Below are positions 35,769 to 46,734 of a DNA stretch of 62,579 nt, one piece after another. The notes below the pieces were generated by a model, which did no database searches, was not told the DNA's origin, and saw only the letters and a list, made by a program, of their open reading frames with translations. A program made the translations under genes and the position numbers. The DNA is from Bacillota bacterium. GTDB taxonomy: Bacteria > Bacillota > DTU025 > MWDF01. The stretch lies in the NCBI GenBank assembly GCA_017994615.1, contig JAGOKM010000001.1, forward strand, positions 1-62,579, given 5' to 3'. Position 1 is the stretch's first letter. Every line of letters starts with the position of its first letter.

Positions 35769-37199
35769 ATGCCCACAAGAAGACAGAAGGAGATACTCAG
35801 CGCCTTCGATGGCGCCCGCATAGCCGTGACCGGCCTGGCAAGGACGAGCATACCCCTTGTCAGGGTGCTGTCCATGGCAGGGGCCAGGATAACGGTTTTC
35901 GACAGGAAGCTGCCAGAGGAGCTGAAAGCCCAGACGGCGCAGCTTGCAGGATGCGTCTACGAGCTGAAGGCGGGTTCTGACGTGTTCGAGGGGATCGACG
36001 GATTCGACTACGTGTTCCCGTCCCCCGGCATCAACCCGGACAGGCAGGACTTCCTTGCGGCACGCGAGGCCGGCGTGAAATTCGGATACGAGATAGAGCT
36101 TACGATGCAGCTGGCCGAGTGCCCTGTAATAGGGATAACGGGCAGCTCGGGGAAGACCACCACTACTACGCTCACGGGCATGATCCTGGAGGAGGCCTGC
36201 CGCAGGCGCGGGAAGGGCAAGGTGATGGTCGGCGGCAACATAGGGCAGCCGCTCGTAGAACAGGTGCTCTCGTCGAACCACGACGATTTCATCGTGCTCG
36301 AGATGTCCAGCTTCCAGCTCAAGTTCCTGAAGACCAGCCCCGACACTGCGGCCGTCCTGAACATAACGCCCAATCACCTGGACGTCCATCCGAGCATGGA
36401 TGACTACATCGCCTCGAAGGGGAACATCCTCTCTCACCAGAAGAAGTCAGGGACCGCAGTCCTTGGCCTCGACGATGCCAACGCGTCGTCGCTGTGCGGA
36501 AAGGCCAAGGGGAAGGTGCTGTGGTTCTCTGCGGAGAGGGAAGTGGAAGCCGGGGCTTTCCTTAGAGGCGACAAGCTCGTCCTGAGAAGGCCTGGCAAGG
36601 CGGATGAAGAGGCGGTATCCAGGAGGGATATAAGGATCCCGGGGATGCACAACGTGCTCAACGTCCTCGCTGCGATAGCGATAAGCTCAGCCAACGGGGC
36701 CGAACCCTCGGACATGGCCGGGGCCATAAAGAAGTTCCGCGGAGTGGAGCACAGGCTGGAGACGGCGGGGGAGGCCGCAGGCGTCATCTACATAAACGAC
36801 TCGATAGCCACAAGCCCAACAAGGACGATTGCGGCTTTGAAGGCGATGGAAAGCCCTCTGGTCCTCATAGCGGGAGGATATGACAAGCACCTGCCATTCG
36901 ATGCGATGGCGGAAGTTGCCCTGGGCAAGGTCAAGCACCTCGTCACGCTCGGCGTGACCGCATCCAAGATAGAGGACGCGTTCAGGGAGGCGGCGGCGAG
37001 GACGGGCATCGAGCCTCCCCCTATCGAGAGGGCCTCGAGCTTCGACGAAGCGGTCGGGCTTGCTGACAGGGCAGCGAGAAAAGGCGATATCGTGCTAATG
37101 TCGCCAGCATGCGCAAGCTATGACATGTTCAACAACTTCGAAGAACGCGGCAGGCGCTTCAAGGAGCTTGTCGCCGAGATAATGAAAAACAGGAGGTAG
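35769..37199 (+). CDS. murD: UDP-N-acetylmuramoylalanine--D-glutamate ligase
   Basis: [13 protein letters not shown]-loop, [10 protein letters not shown], Mur ligase C-terminal blocks. Confidence 0.85.
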   Translation: MPTRRQKEILSAFDGARIAVTGLARTSIPLVRVLSMAGARITVFDRKLPEELKAQTAQLAGCVYELKAGSDVFEGIDGFDYVFPSPGINPDRQDFLAAREAGVKFGYEIELTMQLAECPVIGITGSSGKTTTTTLTGMILEEACRRRGKGKVMVGGNIGQPLVEQVLSSNHDDFIVLEMSSFQLKFLKTSPDTAAVLNITPNHLDVHPSMDDYIASKGNILSHQKKSGTAVLGLDDANASSLCGKAKGKVLWFSAEREVEAGAFLRGDKLVLRRPGKADEEAVSRRDIRIPGMHNVLNVLAAIAISSANGAEPSDMAGAIKKFRGVEHRLETAGEAAGVIYINDSIATSPTRTIAALKAMESPLVLIAGGYDKHLPFDAMAEVALGKVKHLVTLGVTASKIEDAFREAAARTGIEPPPIERASSFDEAVGLADRAARKGDIVLMSPACASYDMFNNFEERGRRFKELVAEIMKNRR

Positions 37200-37203
37200 A
37201 CCG

Positions 37204-38067
37204 ATGTCTGCAATCGTAATCGACGGCAAGGCGGTAGCGTCTGAGATCAGGGAGGGCCTGAAGCTTGAGGTGGAGGCCTTCAAGAAGGAGTTCGGGAGGC
37301 AGCCCGGGCTTGCGGTCGTCATCGTCGGCGAAGACCCTGCCAGCCGCACCTATGTGAACAACAAGAAGAAAGGGTGCGCTGAGCTCGGCATGTATTCAGA
37401 GGAGCACTCCCTGCCCGACACAACGACGCAGGCCGAGCTGGAGGAGCTGGTAAGGAAGCTAAACCGCGACCCGAAGATCGACGGCATGCTGGTGCAGCTG
37501 CCGCTGCCGAAACACATCGACTCGGATGCCGTCATCGGGACCATCGACCCTGCCAAGGACGTGGACGGGTTCCATCCGATAAACGTCGGCAACCTCTTCA
37601 TAGGAAGGCCATGCCTTAGGTCCTGCACGCCGGCCGGCATAATGGAGCTTATAAAAAGGAGCGGAGTGGACCTGACAGGGAAGCACGCCGTAGTGGTGGG
37701 CAGGAGCAACATCGTAGGCAAGCCAGTATCGGTCATGCTCCTTGAGAAGCACGCTACCGTCACTATTTGCCATTCCAGGACCAGGGACCTTGCCGAAGTC
37801 TGCAGGACGGCCGACGTGCTCGTAGCAGCGGTCGGCAAGGCCGGGATGATAAAGGGCGACTGGATCAAGCCAGGAGCCGTAGTCATAGACGTCGGCACCA
37901 ACAAGGTGGAAGGTTCCAAGAAGCTGGTAGGTGACGTGGACTTCGAAGCTGCAAGCCAGGTGGCCGGCTGGATAACGCCCGTGCCAGGCGGCGTTGGGCC
38001 GATGACGATAACCATGCTCATGTACAACACGATCAAGGCTGCAAGGGCGAGGCTGGAGAGGAAGTAG
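37204..38067 (+). CDS. folD: Bifunctional methylenetetrahydrofolate dehydrogenase/cyclohydrolase
   Basis: IDGKAVA..., [36 protein letters not shown]. Confidence 0.9.
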   Translation: MSAIVIDGKAVASEIREGLKLEVEAFKKEFGRQPGLAVVIVGEDPASRTYVNNKKKGCAELGMYSEEHSLPDTTTQAELEELVRKLNRDPKIDGMLVQLPLPKHIDSDAVIGTIDPAKDVDGFHPINVGNLFIGRPCLRSCTPAGIMELIKRSGVDLTGKHAVVVGRSNIVGKPVSVMLLEKHATVTICHSRTRDLAEVCRTADVLVAAVGKAGMIKGDWIKPGAVVIDVGTNKVEGSKKLVGDVDFEAASQVAGWITPVPGGVGPMTITMLMYNTIKAARARLERK

Positions 38068-38075
38068 GCTTCCGG

Positions 38076-38795
38076 ATGCAAAAGGCGGACAGGGATGGCC
38101 TGATCGGGATATTGTCGAAGGAACCCGTGGCAAACTGCGGGTTCCTCGAATATCTGGGCGCATACGAACTGGTTCGGTCGGGCATCTGCGGCTCATCGTG
38201 CGGCGCCGTCTTCCAAGTGGGCGAGGACAGGTGGGGCGCCCTGAGTTCAAGGCTAGAAGAGGAGGCGAAGGAGCTCTCCTTCCTTTTCGACGGGATGCTG
38301 AACGTGGCCATCAGCCCCGCTTTCAGCTGGAGCGCGGACGCCGCGCTGGGTGGAAGGAAGCCCGATTGCATTCTGCACTGCACTCTGATGCACCTGCCGG
38401 ACGGGGCACAGATAGGCAAGGCCTCCGCCGATGCAGTGCACATAGGACCTGAATACGCGGAAACGGTCTATAGGAACTATAAGAGGGCAAGTGCCGTAAG
38501 CTTGGATTACATAAAGGAAAGGCTGGATAACGGACCGTCTATAGGGACTTTCAGGGACGGGGCCCTCGTCGGCTGGGCCCTTACGCACGACGACTTTTCC
38601 ATGGGCATGCTTACGGTGCTACCGGAGTATAGAAGGCAGGGCATCGCGTTGGACATGACGCTGGCGCTGATAGAAGAGCTAAGGCGACTCGGCAAGAGGC
38701 CGATTGCCCACATCGAGAAGGGCAACGGCATGTCGATGCCGCTAGTCAGAAAGCTTGGCTTCCAAGAAGTCTGCGACATAATCTTCCTGGGCTGA
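38076..38795 (+). CDS. GNAT family N-acetyltransferase
   Basis: C-terminal acetyl-CoA-binding-like YRRQGIALDM...LGFQE. Confidence 0.55.
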   Translation: MQKADRDGLIGILSKEPVANCGFLEYLGAYELVRSGICGSSCGAVFQVGEDRWGALSSRLEEEAKELSFLFDGMLNVAISPAFSWSADAALGGRKPDCILHCTLMHLPDGAQIGKASADAVHIGPEYAETVYRNYKRASAVSLDYIKERLDNGPSIGTFRDGALVGWALTHDDFSMGMLTVLPEYRRQGIALDMTLALIEELRRLGKRPIAHIEKGNGMSMPLVRKLGFQEVCDIIFLG

Positions 38796-38809
38796 GATGC
38801 CCGGCATTG

Positions 38810-38849
38810 AAAGGGCCGTGCCCGGTTGGAGCACGGCCCTTTTTCTTTT
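38810..38849 (+). terminator. Intrinsic terminator
   Basis: AAAGGGCCGTGC/GCACGGCCCTTT stem followed by TTCTTTT. Confidence 0.75.
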
Positions 38850-38934
38850 ATGCAAAGCTAAATATTCATGTGATGAAGGAATCGCGCCGGAATGCATTGA
38901 AGAGATAAACATCTTGATCCGTGGAGGTGATCTT

Positions 38935-39591
38935 ATGAGGATCTACAGGGTAATGCTGATTGCAGCATTCATGGTATTATCGCTGATGCAGGCCGGTTGC
39001 ATGAAAACGTGGACGGTTGACTTCACAAGGACCGAGGATGCCGAGCTGGAGCTGGTGAACTGGGGCGGTAATACATCATGGAACATGGTGGAAGAGCCGG
39101 TGAAAGGCGTAGATGTCTACATAGACCACATCACAACGCCTGTGGGCTTTCCGGCCGACTTCATCCTCACTTTGGATATGTACCTCGATATAAGCGAAGA
39201 TCATCCTGCCACATTCTACATCTGGATAGGCGAAGACGACGGTTCATCACCTAACAACCTGATAAAGTGCGAGTTCAAATACCTGGGGGACAGCCTTAAC
39301 GAGGAGCTGTTCATTTACGAGGAAGGCCTTAATCCCGGGGATATCACCATCGGGCCCATCAAACCCGTCCCAGGGCTCAGGTACGGGAACAACAGGTTCA
39401 AGCTGGACAAGGCAGGCAGCATAATCAAGATTTCCTTGAACGGCGATCTGATAAGGGAGATCGGCACATCGGTTTTCGATCCCGACCTTGTCAACTTCGT
39501 AAGCTTCTTGACTGACGAGTATTCCAATGCGCATGTAGTCTTCAGGAAGATCAGCGTCAAATATGACGGAGAGCTCGTGGATTTGTATTAG
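38935..39591 (+). CDS. Lipoprotein, jelly-roll/DUF1080-like (unknown function)
   Basis: Lipobox LMQAGC. C-terminal ...ISLNGDLI...AHVVFRKISVKY resembles the DUF1080/3-keto-disaccharide-hydrolase C-terminus. GGAGG 7 nt before the ATG at 38935 (the ORF-track extension crosses the terminator). Confidence 0.45.
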   Translation: MRIYRVMLIAAFMVLSLMQAGCMKTWTVDFTRTEDAELELVNWGGNTSWNMVEEPVKGVDVYIDHITTPVGFPADFILTLDMYLDISEDHPATFYIWIGEDDGSSPNNLIKCEFKYLGDSLNEELFIYEEGLNPGDITIGPIKPVPGLRYGNNRFKLDKAGSIIKISLNGDLIREIGTSVFDPDLVNFVSFLTDEYSNAHVVFRKISVKYDGELVDLY

Positions 39592-39630
39592 CCTGGCGCG
39601 TTGCAACGAGAGGTTTTAGGAGGAAGTGTG

Positions 39631-40119
39631 ATGTATTCGAACACCGGATGGAGCGCATGCACATCGGCTGTCGTTGTGGCCGTCCTTTTAACGATTGCCG
39701 TGAACCCTGCGGCCTCAGCACAGGGGACTATAAGCATGGCATGGCTGAAGGACGGTTTTTCAGCGGTACAGCCCGCGCTCTCGGGCGACGGCGGGATCAT
39801 CGCGGCATCAGGCAACAAGCTGGTAAGGCTCGACAAGGAAGGCGATACGGTCTGGGAATGGAGCCCGGGCGCTGCCGCCATATCCGCCATAGCTGGCGAT
39901 GGCTCAGGAGGCGGCTGGGCTTCGTCAGGCAAGCGAATATATAGGATCAGTCAGAACGGTAAGCTGCTCTGGACTTACGGCTGGGAGGAGGAGATAACCT
40001 CCCTGGAGCCCGTACAGGACGGGGGTATAGCTGCCACTGTCGAAAAAGGTGCAATCCTGGTCGACAGGCTCGGCAAGTTCAGGTGGCTCTACGACCCTGC
40101 CACCGGTTGCGATACGTGA
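39631..40119 (+). CDS. Secreted PQQ/BamB-like beta-propeller repeat protein, N-terminal part ending at an in-frame TGA
   Basis: Signal peptide ...NPAASAQG. Repeats of the G-x-hydrophobic...W type (GDTVWEW, GKLLWTY, GKFRWLY). Ends ...ATGCDT-TGA. Same frame as 40132-40740. Confidence 0.55.
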   Translation: MYSNTGWSACTSAVVVAVLLTIAVNPAASAQGTISMAWLKDGFSAVQPALSGDGGIIAASGNKLVRLDKEGDTVWEWSPGAAAISAIAGDGSGGGWASSGKRIYRISQNGKLLWTYGWEEEITSLEPVQDGGIAATVEKGAILVDRLGKFRWLYDPATGCDT

Positions 40120-40131
40120 ATACCCATCGCA

Positions 40132-40740
40132 TTGGGGCCTGTATGGTCCCTCAGATACCTCGGAGGGGACGACATCCTTGTGTTAGGCCAGGTCTTCGGC
40201 ATATTCAGCGACATGGAACCGCTCGACTACCTGACGATAGCAAGCCTCAGGCATGGTGACACAAACTATGACTGCAATTACATCTGGCCCTTCGACATAT
40301 CGGCCGTAGAGGTGGTATCGAGGAACAGGATCGCTGTGGCGTGCGATTATAAGAGGCTCGTCATGTGGGACGGGATCAGCGGCACGTCGGTGCTTTGGTC
40401 ACAGACCATGGACACGCCGTCTTACCTCGCATATGATGCTGCGTGCGGGTTGGTCGCAGTCGAGAAGGACGGCATCGCCATGTCGGTCCATTCGCTTGAG
40501 GACGGCAAGAAGATCTCGGGAGGCAAGTCGAAGTTCAAGATTGCGGCAGAACCCCTGAGCCTCGGCGGCGACGGGCTGCTCATGATCGGAGAAGGAAATG
40601 CCGCGATCCTAAGGGAGGGCCTGGCCCAGGCTGCGGAATATAGGGCTGCGTGGCTGGACAAAGGGGCGATGTCCCTTTATACCCCCGGCTTCGCATATGT
40701 GCTGAGCTCAGGCAAGCTCGCCAAGCTGGCAATAAAGTAG
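40132..40740 (+). CDS. Continuation of the beta-propeller repeat protein (same frame, downstream of the in-frame TGA)
   Basis: No RBS; only a TTG start. Same reading frame as 39631-40119, with 12 sense nucleotides between. Further repeat blades (RLVMWDG, TSVLWSQ). Confidence 0.5.
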   Translation: MGPVWSLRYLGGDDILVLGQVFGIFSDMEPLDYLTIASLRHGDTNYDCNYIWPFDISAVEVVSRNRIAVACDYKRLVMWDGISGTSVLWSQTMDTPSYLAYDAACGLVAVEKDGIAMSVHSLEDGKKISGGKSKFKIAAEPLSLGGDGLLMIGEGNAAILREGLAQAAEYRAAWLDKGAMSLYTPGFAYVLSSGKLAKLAIK

Positions 40741-40747
40741 CCAACGG

Positions 40748-41662
40748 TCAGAAAGGCCCGTTTTCGGGGTCTCGCAGGTCAAGTACGTGGCATGCGAACC
40801 CCTTTTCCTTTTTGAACCCCTCGCTTGCGTAAAGGCCGACAGCAGAGAGGTTGTCGGAATTGACGCTCAAGTAAGCTGCTCCGATCCCCTCGTCCAGCGC
40901 CCTGTTGATGACAGCCCGCAGAAGCGCCCGTCCCAGCCCCTTGCCTTGATGGTCCGGCAATACCGCAACCGGGCCGATGCTGACGATCGGCTTACCCATG
41001 AACTCGTCCTTTTCGCCGCATGCTACCCCTACGGGTTCGCCATCGCAGAACAGCACGAGCATCCCGCCGTTAGTGCTGTAAGGGTCCTCTGCCATCCTGG
41101 ACACTTCCTCAGGCGCGACGGGGCGGTTGCCTTTGACGTGCTCGAAGGCGGAGTTCCTTATGTTGCACCATGCCCCCTCGTCATGCCCTGCCCTGAAATG
41201 CCTCATTACATACCCTGCCGGAAGGCCGAGCCTCTTTCGCTCGGAGCTGTCAAGCACCATGCGGAGCACCAGCCGCTCAAGTCTGAACCCCATTCCCTCA
41301 AGAAGACCTATGAGCTCTTGGTTGACATCCGGGCAGAAGACATAGAGGGCTTCCATCCCCTCAAGCTTCGAAACCAGCGTTTTGACGAGCTTTTTCAAGG
41401 AGTAGGGTTTGCCCGATTCGGAATGGAGTATCCTTATACGCGCCCTGCCGGAACCTATGGCCCTGTCGTCCAGGATGACGGAAAACGCACCGACAACTTC
41501 GCCTGCGGCCGAAACCTTGATGGAAGTGGGGTTCCTGGGACCTATGGAAAAGGATGCAAGGTCCTCATCCCCCAGATAGGAATCGTCGAGCAATCCCCTG
41601 TTCCTGCGGCAGAAATCGATGAAACCGGGCAGGTAAGCCTCTTTAAGCTCAGTGAACTCCAT
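40748..41662 (-). CDS. Two-domain GNAT family N-acetyltransferase
   Basis: The second domain has VLPDHQGKGLGRALL (Q/RxxGxG/A acetyl-CoA motif). 304 aa with a degenerate N-terminal GNAT half. Confidence 0.65.
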   Translation of the reverse strand: MEFTELKEAYLPGFIDFCRRNRGLLDDSYLGDEDLASFSIGPRNPTSIKVSAAGEVVGAFSVILDDRAIGSGRARIRILHSESGKPYSLKKLVKTLVSKLEGMEALYVFCPDVNQELIGLLEGMGFRLERLVLRMVLDSSERKRLGLPAGYVMRHFRAGHDEGAWCNIRNSAFEHVKGNRPVAPEEVSRMAEDPYSTNGGMLVLFCDGEPVGVACGEKDEFMGKPIVSIGPVAVLPDHQGKGLGRALLRAVINRALDEGIGAAYLSVNSDNLSAVGLYASEGFKKEKGFACHVLDLRDPENGPF

Positions 41663-41680
41663 AAGGCACCGCCTTCGGGC

Positions 41681-42592
41681 CTAGAGGCCCAGGAAACCTG
41701 GATGCCCCTTCAGCACAAATAGGGGGATGGCTGCCCTGACCGTCTTCAGGGGGTCCACGCATTGGCTGATCCTCAGGTCAACGGACAGGCTAGCCAGCAT
41801 GTAGGCGTCTTCCCATGACATGCCGCAATAAAGTGATATGAAACGCACGGCGGCGTCTGTCGCCTCATAGGCCGCCCTGTCCAGGCTCTCTGCCGAGGCG
41901 ATAATCGATAAGCCCTGCTCGTCCTGGACTGCAGGCCAATCAAGGGCGGCGCCCTTTATGACGTCCAGCTGGACGTCCACTTCAGCGCCCGTTTCACATC
42001 CGGTTACGCAGACCTCGCCGTCGCCCATGGCCGCATGGACGTCGCCGATGGCGAGCATGGCCCCGCCCTGCTTCACAGGCAGGTATACGGTAGAGCCTTC
42101 TTTGATGGCCTTCGTGTCCATGTTGCCGCCGTGCCTTCCGGGCGTTCCCGTCGGCACCTCCCCTTCGCCGTCGGATGTCGCGACACCAATCACGCCGATC
42201 ATCGGCGAAGCTTCGATGGTAAGGCCGCCGAACCGGACCTTCCCGTCTGCGATATCCAGCATCCTTGTGGTTGATTCCAGGACCTTGCCGCCCAGGACGC
42301 CCGCCCCCGGGATGATGCTCACTGCGCCCCTGGCCGCAGTCCTTATCCCCAGCACCTTGACGCAAAGCAGGTCCCCCGGCTCGGCGCCCAGGACCTTCAA
42401 CGGGCCGGTGGCAGGGTTTAGCGAGCTGAAGTCGACGCATTCTATCTTCTGCCCGGCGGACTCCAGCTGCCCGTGCCAGCAGTCGTGAGTCTCGAAGGTG
42501 GCCGTATCGCCGGGTTCTGCCTCGGTCACCGGCGTCATCCTGGGCCCAAAGGCCGTAATACACTTATCCTTGCCTATCCTCACCATGAGCAA
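41681..42592 (-). CDS. Acetamidase/formamidase family protein
   Basis: GNMDTK, GDVHAAMGDGEV blocks typical of the FmdA/AmdA family. Confidence 0.7.
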   Translation of the reverse strand: MLMVRIGKDKCITAFGPRMTPVTEAEPGDTATFETHDCWHGQLESAGQKIECVDFSSLNPATGPLKVLGAEPGDLLCVKVLGIRTAARGAVSIIPGAGVLGGKVLESTTRMLDIADGKVRFGGLTIEASPMIGVIGVATSDGEGEVPTGTPGRHGGNMDTKAIKEGSTVYLPVKQGGAMLAIGDVHAAMGDGEVCVTGCETGAEVDVQLDVIKGAALDWPAVQDEQGLSIIASAESLDRAAYEATDAAVRFISLYCGMSWEDAYMLASLSVDLRISQCVDPLKTVRAAIPLFVLKGHPGFLGL

Positions 42593-42603
42593 ACCTCCCG
42601 AGG

Positions 42604-43398
42604 TTACTTCAGAAGGTTCCAGGAATCGTCCCCGTACTTGCCCAGGAGCTCCCTGGCCCTGGCCTTCTCTGCGGAAGTAAGGCCCGATTCTATCAAGTTT
42701 GAGCCCACGAGCTTGCGGAACTCCCCTGCAATGGACGGGACGAGCTCGTACCTTCCGACCTTCCTGCCTAAAGCTTCGCCGACTGTCGCTATTCCACCTT
42801 CAAGCCTGGCCTTCATGCCCTCGGGCAGGGCGCAGGCTTTGACGAGGGCGTCTACGTCCGCCGACATGAGGATTGAGCCGTGCTGCAGGAAGAACCTCCC
42901 GCTTCTGAACTGCGCGCTGCCGACTATCTTCCTGCCCTTCCATGCGACTTCGAAGCTGGACGGCACGTCGAAGCATGCAGCCGACTTCTCCTTGCCCTTG
43001 TCGGAATAAGCTGGCACCAGGTCCGCCGCGACGCCGAATGCCCGCAGGCCGTCAGAGAGGGCGCCGCTTATCATCATGTACACGTCAAGGACGGAGCCTC
43101 CGCCGAACAGCGATGAATCTGCCGATATGCTGTAAGTGAGTTCGTCTTCGTGCAGCACCGCCCTGCCGCCTGTGCGCCTTCTCACCATGGTGAAGCCGCG
43201 CGCCTTAAGGTAGCCCATGTCGCACGACTCCGCGGCCTTCTGGTTATAGCCCAGGGAAAGGCATGCGGGGTCCCATGTGAAGAACCTCAGCGTGGGCGGG
43301 GCCGAGCCCGAGGACACGGCCTCAAGGACGGCCTCGTCCACCGCCATGTTCCACGCCCCGTCGGCCGCGGGCGATATGATAAGCCTCCAGTCGGTCAT
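42604..43398 (-). CDS. Lipoate-protein ligase family protein (short LplA/LipM-type catalytic domain)
   Basis: RRRTGGRAVLHEDELTYS and WKGRKIVGSAQ (catalytic Lys context). 264 aa, with no LplA C-terminal accessory domain. Confidence 0.75.
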   Translation of the reverse strand: MTDWRLIISPAADGAWNMAVDEAVLEAVSSGSAPPTLRFFTWDPACLSLGYNQKAAESCDMGYLKARGFTMVRRRTGGRAVLHEDELTYSISADSSLFGGGSVLDVYMMISGALSDGLRAFGVAADLVPAYSDKGKEKSAACFDVPSSFEVAWKGRKIVGSAQFRSGRFFLQHGSILMSADVDALVKACALPEGMKARLEGGIATVGEALGRKVGRYELVPSIAGEFRKLVGSNLIESGLTSAEKARARELLGKYGDDSWNLLK

Positions 43399-44411
43399 CC
43401 ATCCACCTCCGCAGCCCTTATTGCCAAGCCTTCTGCGGCGCGGCCCATCGCCTTTGCAGCTTCTTCAGCTGTAGGTTCGACAGGATAGTTGTACAGCTCG
43501 GTTCCGGGGCTTTCGTTGTAGTAGGGCCTGTTGCAGGCGCTGCAGCCCGATGTCATGAAAGGCTCGCCTCGTCGCATCGCCTCCATGGGCAGCCCCGAAG
43601 GCAGGGTGAGCCCTATGAGCCTTCCTGCCTCGTCGAACTGCATACCTCCTTCATCCAGCCCGTGGTGCTTTACCAGCCAGAAGGCCAGCTGCACCCTGCG
43701 GTAGGATGCAAGGTCCGGTTTGGGGTGCTTTTCCATCGCGGTCCCCTTAAGTGGGGTGAATGCGAAGAGCCCCAGCCCGACACCGATCCTCCTTAGCCTC
43801 ACCGCCAAGGTGAGCAGGTCCTTGTCGGTTTCGCCCATCCCTGATATCATATGGGTCGATATCCTGCCCGGGTAATCGGCAGCCGCCTTCTCTATGAGAT
43901 CCAGCGACCTTTCAAGTTCTGACTTCTTGATCTTTCTGTGAAGCCCGGGACTGCACGCGTCTATCGCAAGGGCCACTCTGTCGGCGCCCGCTTCAAGGAG
44001 CCTTCCTACGTCTTCGATGCCTGCGGTTGCGCTGAATGAGACGGAGAATGCGGTCTTCGGCGAACAGGCCGGTTTTAGTTTCGCCAGAGCCAGGCATACA
44101 TCTTCGAGCGCAGCCCTTCCCCCCACGGTCTGTACGCACACGCGCCTTATGCTTCCCTCGGTTGTAGCCTTCTTGAGGCCCTCCAGGAGCTCCCGCTCCT
44201 CCGCCTCCGGCCATGTGACCCTGGACAACCTTCCTGCCCCTGCGCTGCTGGACGCGGCCTGCGCACAGAAGGAGCAGTCCCTGACGCATTTCTCCCCAAG
44301 CATGATGTAGGCGGTGGTCGGAAGCGCGGACGCCTTGATGGCCTTTAGCCCCAAGGCGGCAAGGGTGCCCGACGAGGGCCTGAACCTGAGCTTGCATTCA
44401 GTGCGGGCCAT
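43395..44411 (-). CDS. Radical SAM protein, LipS1/LipS2-type lipoyl synthase candidate
   Basis: CVRDCSFC (Cx3Cx2C) near the N-terminus and an extra C-terminal CSAC. 4-nt overlap with the ligase gene. Confidence 0.6.
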   Translation of the reverse strand: MARTECKLRFRPSSGTLAALGLKAIKASALPTTAYIMLGEKCVRDCSFCAQAASSSAGAGRLSRVTWPEAEERELLEGLKKATTEGSIRRVCVQTVGGRAALEDVCLALAKLKPACSPKTAFSVSFSATAGIEDVGRLLEAGADRVALAIDACSPGLHRKIKKSELERSLDLIEKAAADYPGRISTHMISGMGETDKDLLTLAVRLRRIGVGLGLFAFTPLKGTAMEKHPKPDLASYRRVQLAFWLVKHHGLDEGGMQFDEAGRLIGLTLPSGLPMEAMRRGEPFMTSGCSACNRPYYNESPGTELYNYPVEPTAEEAAKAMGRAAEGLAIRAAEVDG

Positions 44412-45272
44412 CTATCCGGCACCTCCGTCCAGGGCGGAGAAAGCGCAGCATTCGTCGGCGTACGTGATTTCTAAGCCCAGCTGCTCGGCCCTGTTTACGG
44501 CTTTGCGCGAAGGCATCACGATTACGTCTGCCCCTGATTCGACGGCAAGCACATCCAGCCTGTCCCTGTATTCCCCCGAAGGCCTCATGCACCCCAGGCA
44601 GGTCTTCGAAGATGGGAACAGCCTCTTTGCGGCCCTTATCGCCTCAGCAACGGAATCCGCGTCCGGCGGCGCGATGTCCTGCATCCTTGTGCCCTGCGTC
44701 GGCTTGAAGGCGATTATAACTACAGCTGGCGGCTCCGGTATCCCCTTTCCGTCCGCCAGTGCCCTGATCTCCTCCAGGGACCTTATGGAAAGGGCCGGCT
44801 CCTCCCCGGGACCGAGAAGGCCGACGGTGATGTGGGGGACCGTCGGGGCGCAGTTAGAGGCGGTTATGAAGCCTCTTACGTAATCCTCAGCCGACGACGC
44901 GGAACCGTATACGCCCTTTACGACCCTTTCGTCCGAGACATAGTCATAGGATATGACTTCTACCTTGCCGACAAGCTTTCCGGCCCTGTCCTCGTCCATG
45001 ATGCCGGTGTGGCAGTTCACCCTTAGCCCGGGCGACCTCTCCCGGAACCTCTCCGCCCAGCCTTCGACCGGCACCCTGCCTTCCCTGTCGCTGCCGCCCG
45101 ATATGAGGACGCTTTTGGCCCGGGCAGCGGGAAAGGCCGCCAGCGCTTCATCCGGCGGCCTCATCCCCTTCAGGTATTTAGCGCCGCAGTGGGCGCAATC
45201 CAGCCCGCATTGAGGGCCGGTCACGGATACGGCCATCGTAGCGGCCGGCCGTGTGAACGTTATCCTACGCAT
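44412..45272 (-). CDS. Radical SAM protein, LipS1/LipS2-type lipoyl synthase candidate
   Basis: CGLDCAHC (Cx3Cx2C) near the N-terminus and an extra CLGC. Overlaps the gcvPB stop by 8 nt. Confidence 0.6.
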   Translation of the reverse strand: MRRITFTRPAATMAVSVTGPQCGLDCAHCGAKYLKGMRPPDEALAAFPAARAKSVLISGGSDREGRVPVEGWAERFRERSPGLRVNCHTGIMDEDRAGKLVGKVEVISYDYVSDERVVKGVYGSASSAEDYVRGFITASNCAPTVPHITVGLLGPGEEPALSIRSLEEIRALADGKGIPEPPAVVIIAFKPTQGTRMQDIAPPDADSVAEAIRAAKRLFPSSKTCLGCMRPSGEYRDRLDVLAVESGADVIVMPSRKAVNRAEQLGLEITYADECCAFSALDGGAG

Positions 45273-46734
45273 TGTCCTCTTTAGTCCATCTCAGTACCGG
45301 CTTCCTTGCGGCGAGCGTCTCATCCAGCCTGCCGACAGGGGTGTTGTGCGGCGCAGAGCGCAGGTTGTCGGGGTTCTCCCTTGCTTCCTTGGCGATGGTC
45401 TTCATGGCGTCTATGAAGGTATCGAGGGTCTGCTTGCTTTCGGTCTCCGTCGGTTCGATCATTATCGCTTCGTCTACGATGAGCGGGAAGTACACCGTAG
45501 GGGCATGGATCCCGTAGTCCAGCAGCCTTTTTGCCATGTCCAGCGTCCTTACGCCGCTTTCCTTCTTCTGCTTGGCGCCCGAGAGCACGAACTCGTGCTT
45601 GCAGGTCCTGTCGTAGGCGAGAGTGAAGTCGTCCTTGAGGGCGTGCATGATGTAGTTGGCGTTCAATACTGCCAGCTCCGATGCCGCTTTCAAGCCGTCC
45701 GGCCCCATTGACCTCATGTACGCCCATGCCCTTACCAGCACGCCGAAGTTGCCGTTGTACGAGTGGATGTGCCCGATGGAGTCGGGCCTGTCGCTGTCCC
45801 ATACGTACTTACCGTCGCAGAACGCCACTAGCGGCTTGGGAAGGAACGGCTCAAGGTGCTTCTTGACGCCTACGGGGCCCGCTCCGGGCCCGCCTCCGCC
45901 GTGCGGGGTGGACATCGTCTTATGCAGGTTCAGGTGAACTACGTCGAAGCCCATGTCCCCTGGCCTCGACTTGCCCATTATGGCGTTTGCGTTCGCCCCG
46001 TCGTAATACACGAGGCCGCCCGCCTTGTGGACTATGTCGGTAATCTCGCAGATATGCTCGTCGAACAGACCCAGGGTGTTGGGGTTGGTGAGCATGAGCC
46101 CCGCTGTGTCGGGGCCGACCTTGGACTTAAGGTCCTCGATGTCTACATTGCCCCTGGAGTCGGACGCCACCTGTACCACTGTCATGCCGGCGGCCGCGGC
46201 GCTGGCCGGGTTGGTGCCGTGGGAGGAGTCGGGCGCGAGGACCTTGTCCCTTGCGCAGTCGCCCCTCTTGAAATGGTATGCGCGGATTATGAACAGGCCC
46301 GTCAGCTCGCCGTGGGCTCCTGCCACAGGCTGCAGTGTGAAGCGGTCCATCCCGCAGAGCTCGGAAAGCCACATATCGAGGTCATGCAGGACCTTGAGCG
46401 CCCCCTGCGAGCCGCTTTCCGGCATCTCGGGGTGTAGGCGGGCGAAGCCGGCGAGCCTTGCTGCGTCTTCGTTCACCTTGGGGTTGTACTTCATGGTGCA
46501 GCTTCCCAACGGGTAGAAGCCCGTATCCACACCGTGGTTCAAAAGCGACAGGTTGACGAAATGCCTCACCACGTCGACTTCGGAGAGTTCCGGAAGGGCC
46601 GGGGCCTCTTTCCTTATCATCGAGTCTGGGACCATGGATTCCACCGGCTGGACGGGCACGTCCGTCTCAGGGAGGCTGAAGCCCGTCCTTCCAGGCGAGC
46701 TCATCTCGAAAAGCAGAGGCATCAACTTTTTCAT
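45265..46734 (-). CDS. gcvPB: Glycine dehydrogenase (decarboxylating) subunit 2
   Basis: 489 aa; PLP-Lys context [19 protein letters not shown]. Confidence 0.9.
   Translation of the reverse strand: MKKLMPLLFEMSSPGRTGFSLPETDVPVQPVESMVPDSMIRKEAPALPELSEVDVVRHFVNLSLLNHGVDTGFYPLGSCTMKYNPKVNEDAARLAGFARLHPEMPESGSQGALKVLHDLDMWLSELCGMDRFTLQPVAGAHGELTGLFIIRAYHFKRGDCARDKVLAPDSSHGTNPASAAAAGMTVVQVASDSRGNVDIEDLKSKVGPDTAGLMLTNPNTLGLFDEHICEITDIVHKAGGLVYYDGANANAIMGKSRPGDMGFDVVHLNLHKTMSTPHGGGGPGAGPVGVKKHLEPFLPKPLVAFCDGKYVWDSDRPDSIGHIHSYNGNFGVLVRAWAYMRSMGPDGLKAASELAVLNANYIMHALKDDFTLAYDRTCKHEFVLSGAKQKKESGVRTLDMAKRLLDYGIHAPTVYFPLIVDEAIMIEPTETESKQTLDTFIDAMKTIAKEARENPDNLRSAPHNTPVGRLDETLAARKPVLRWTKEDNA

Noticed and set aside
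38797-38934. The N-terminal extension of the ORF at 38797-39591.
   Set aside because: The extension runs through a strong intrinsic terminator (38810-38849). A GGAGG-ATG start at 38935 yields a clean lipoprotein signal peptide.
40117-40119. Genome-wide reassignment of TGA to a sense codon (for example to Gly) as an explanation for the in-frame TGA.
   Set aside because: TGA clearly terminates many well-delimited genes here, such as EcfA at 3235-3237, EcfT at 4633-4635, MobB at 5153-5155 and the S8 protease at 27277-27279. The genome is also GC-rich, unlike lineages known to reassign TGA.
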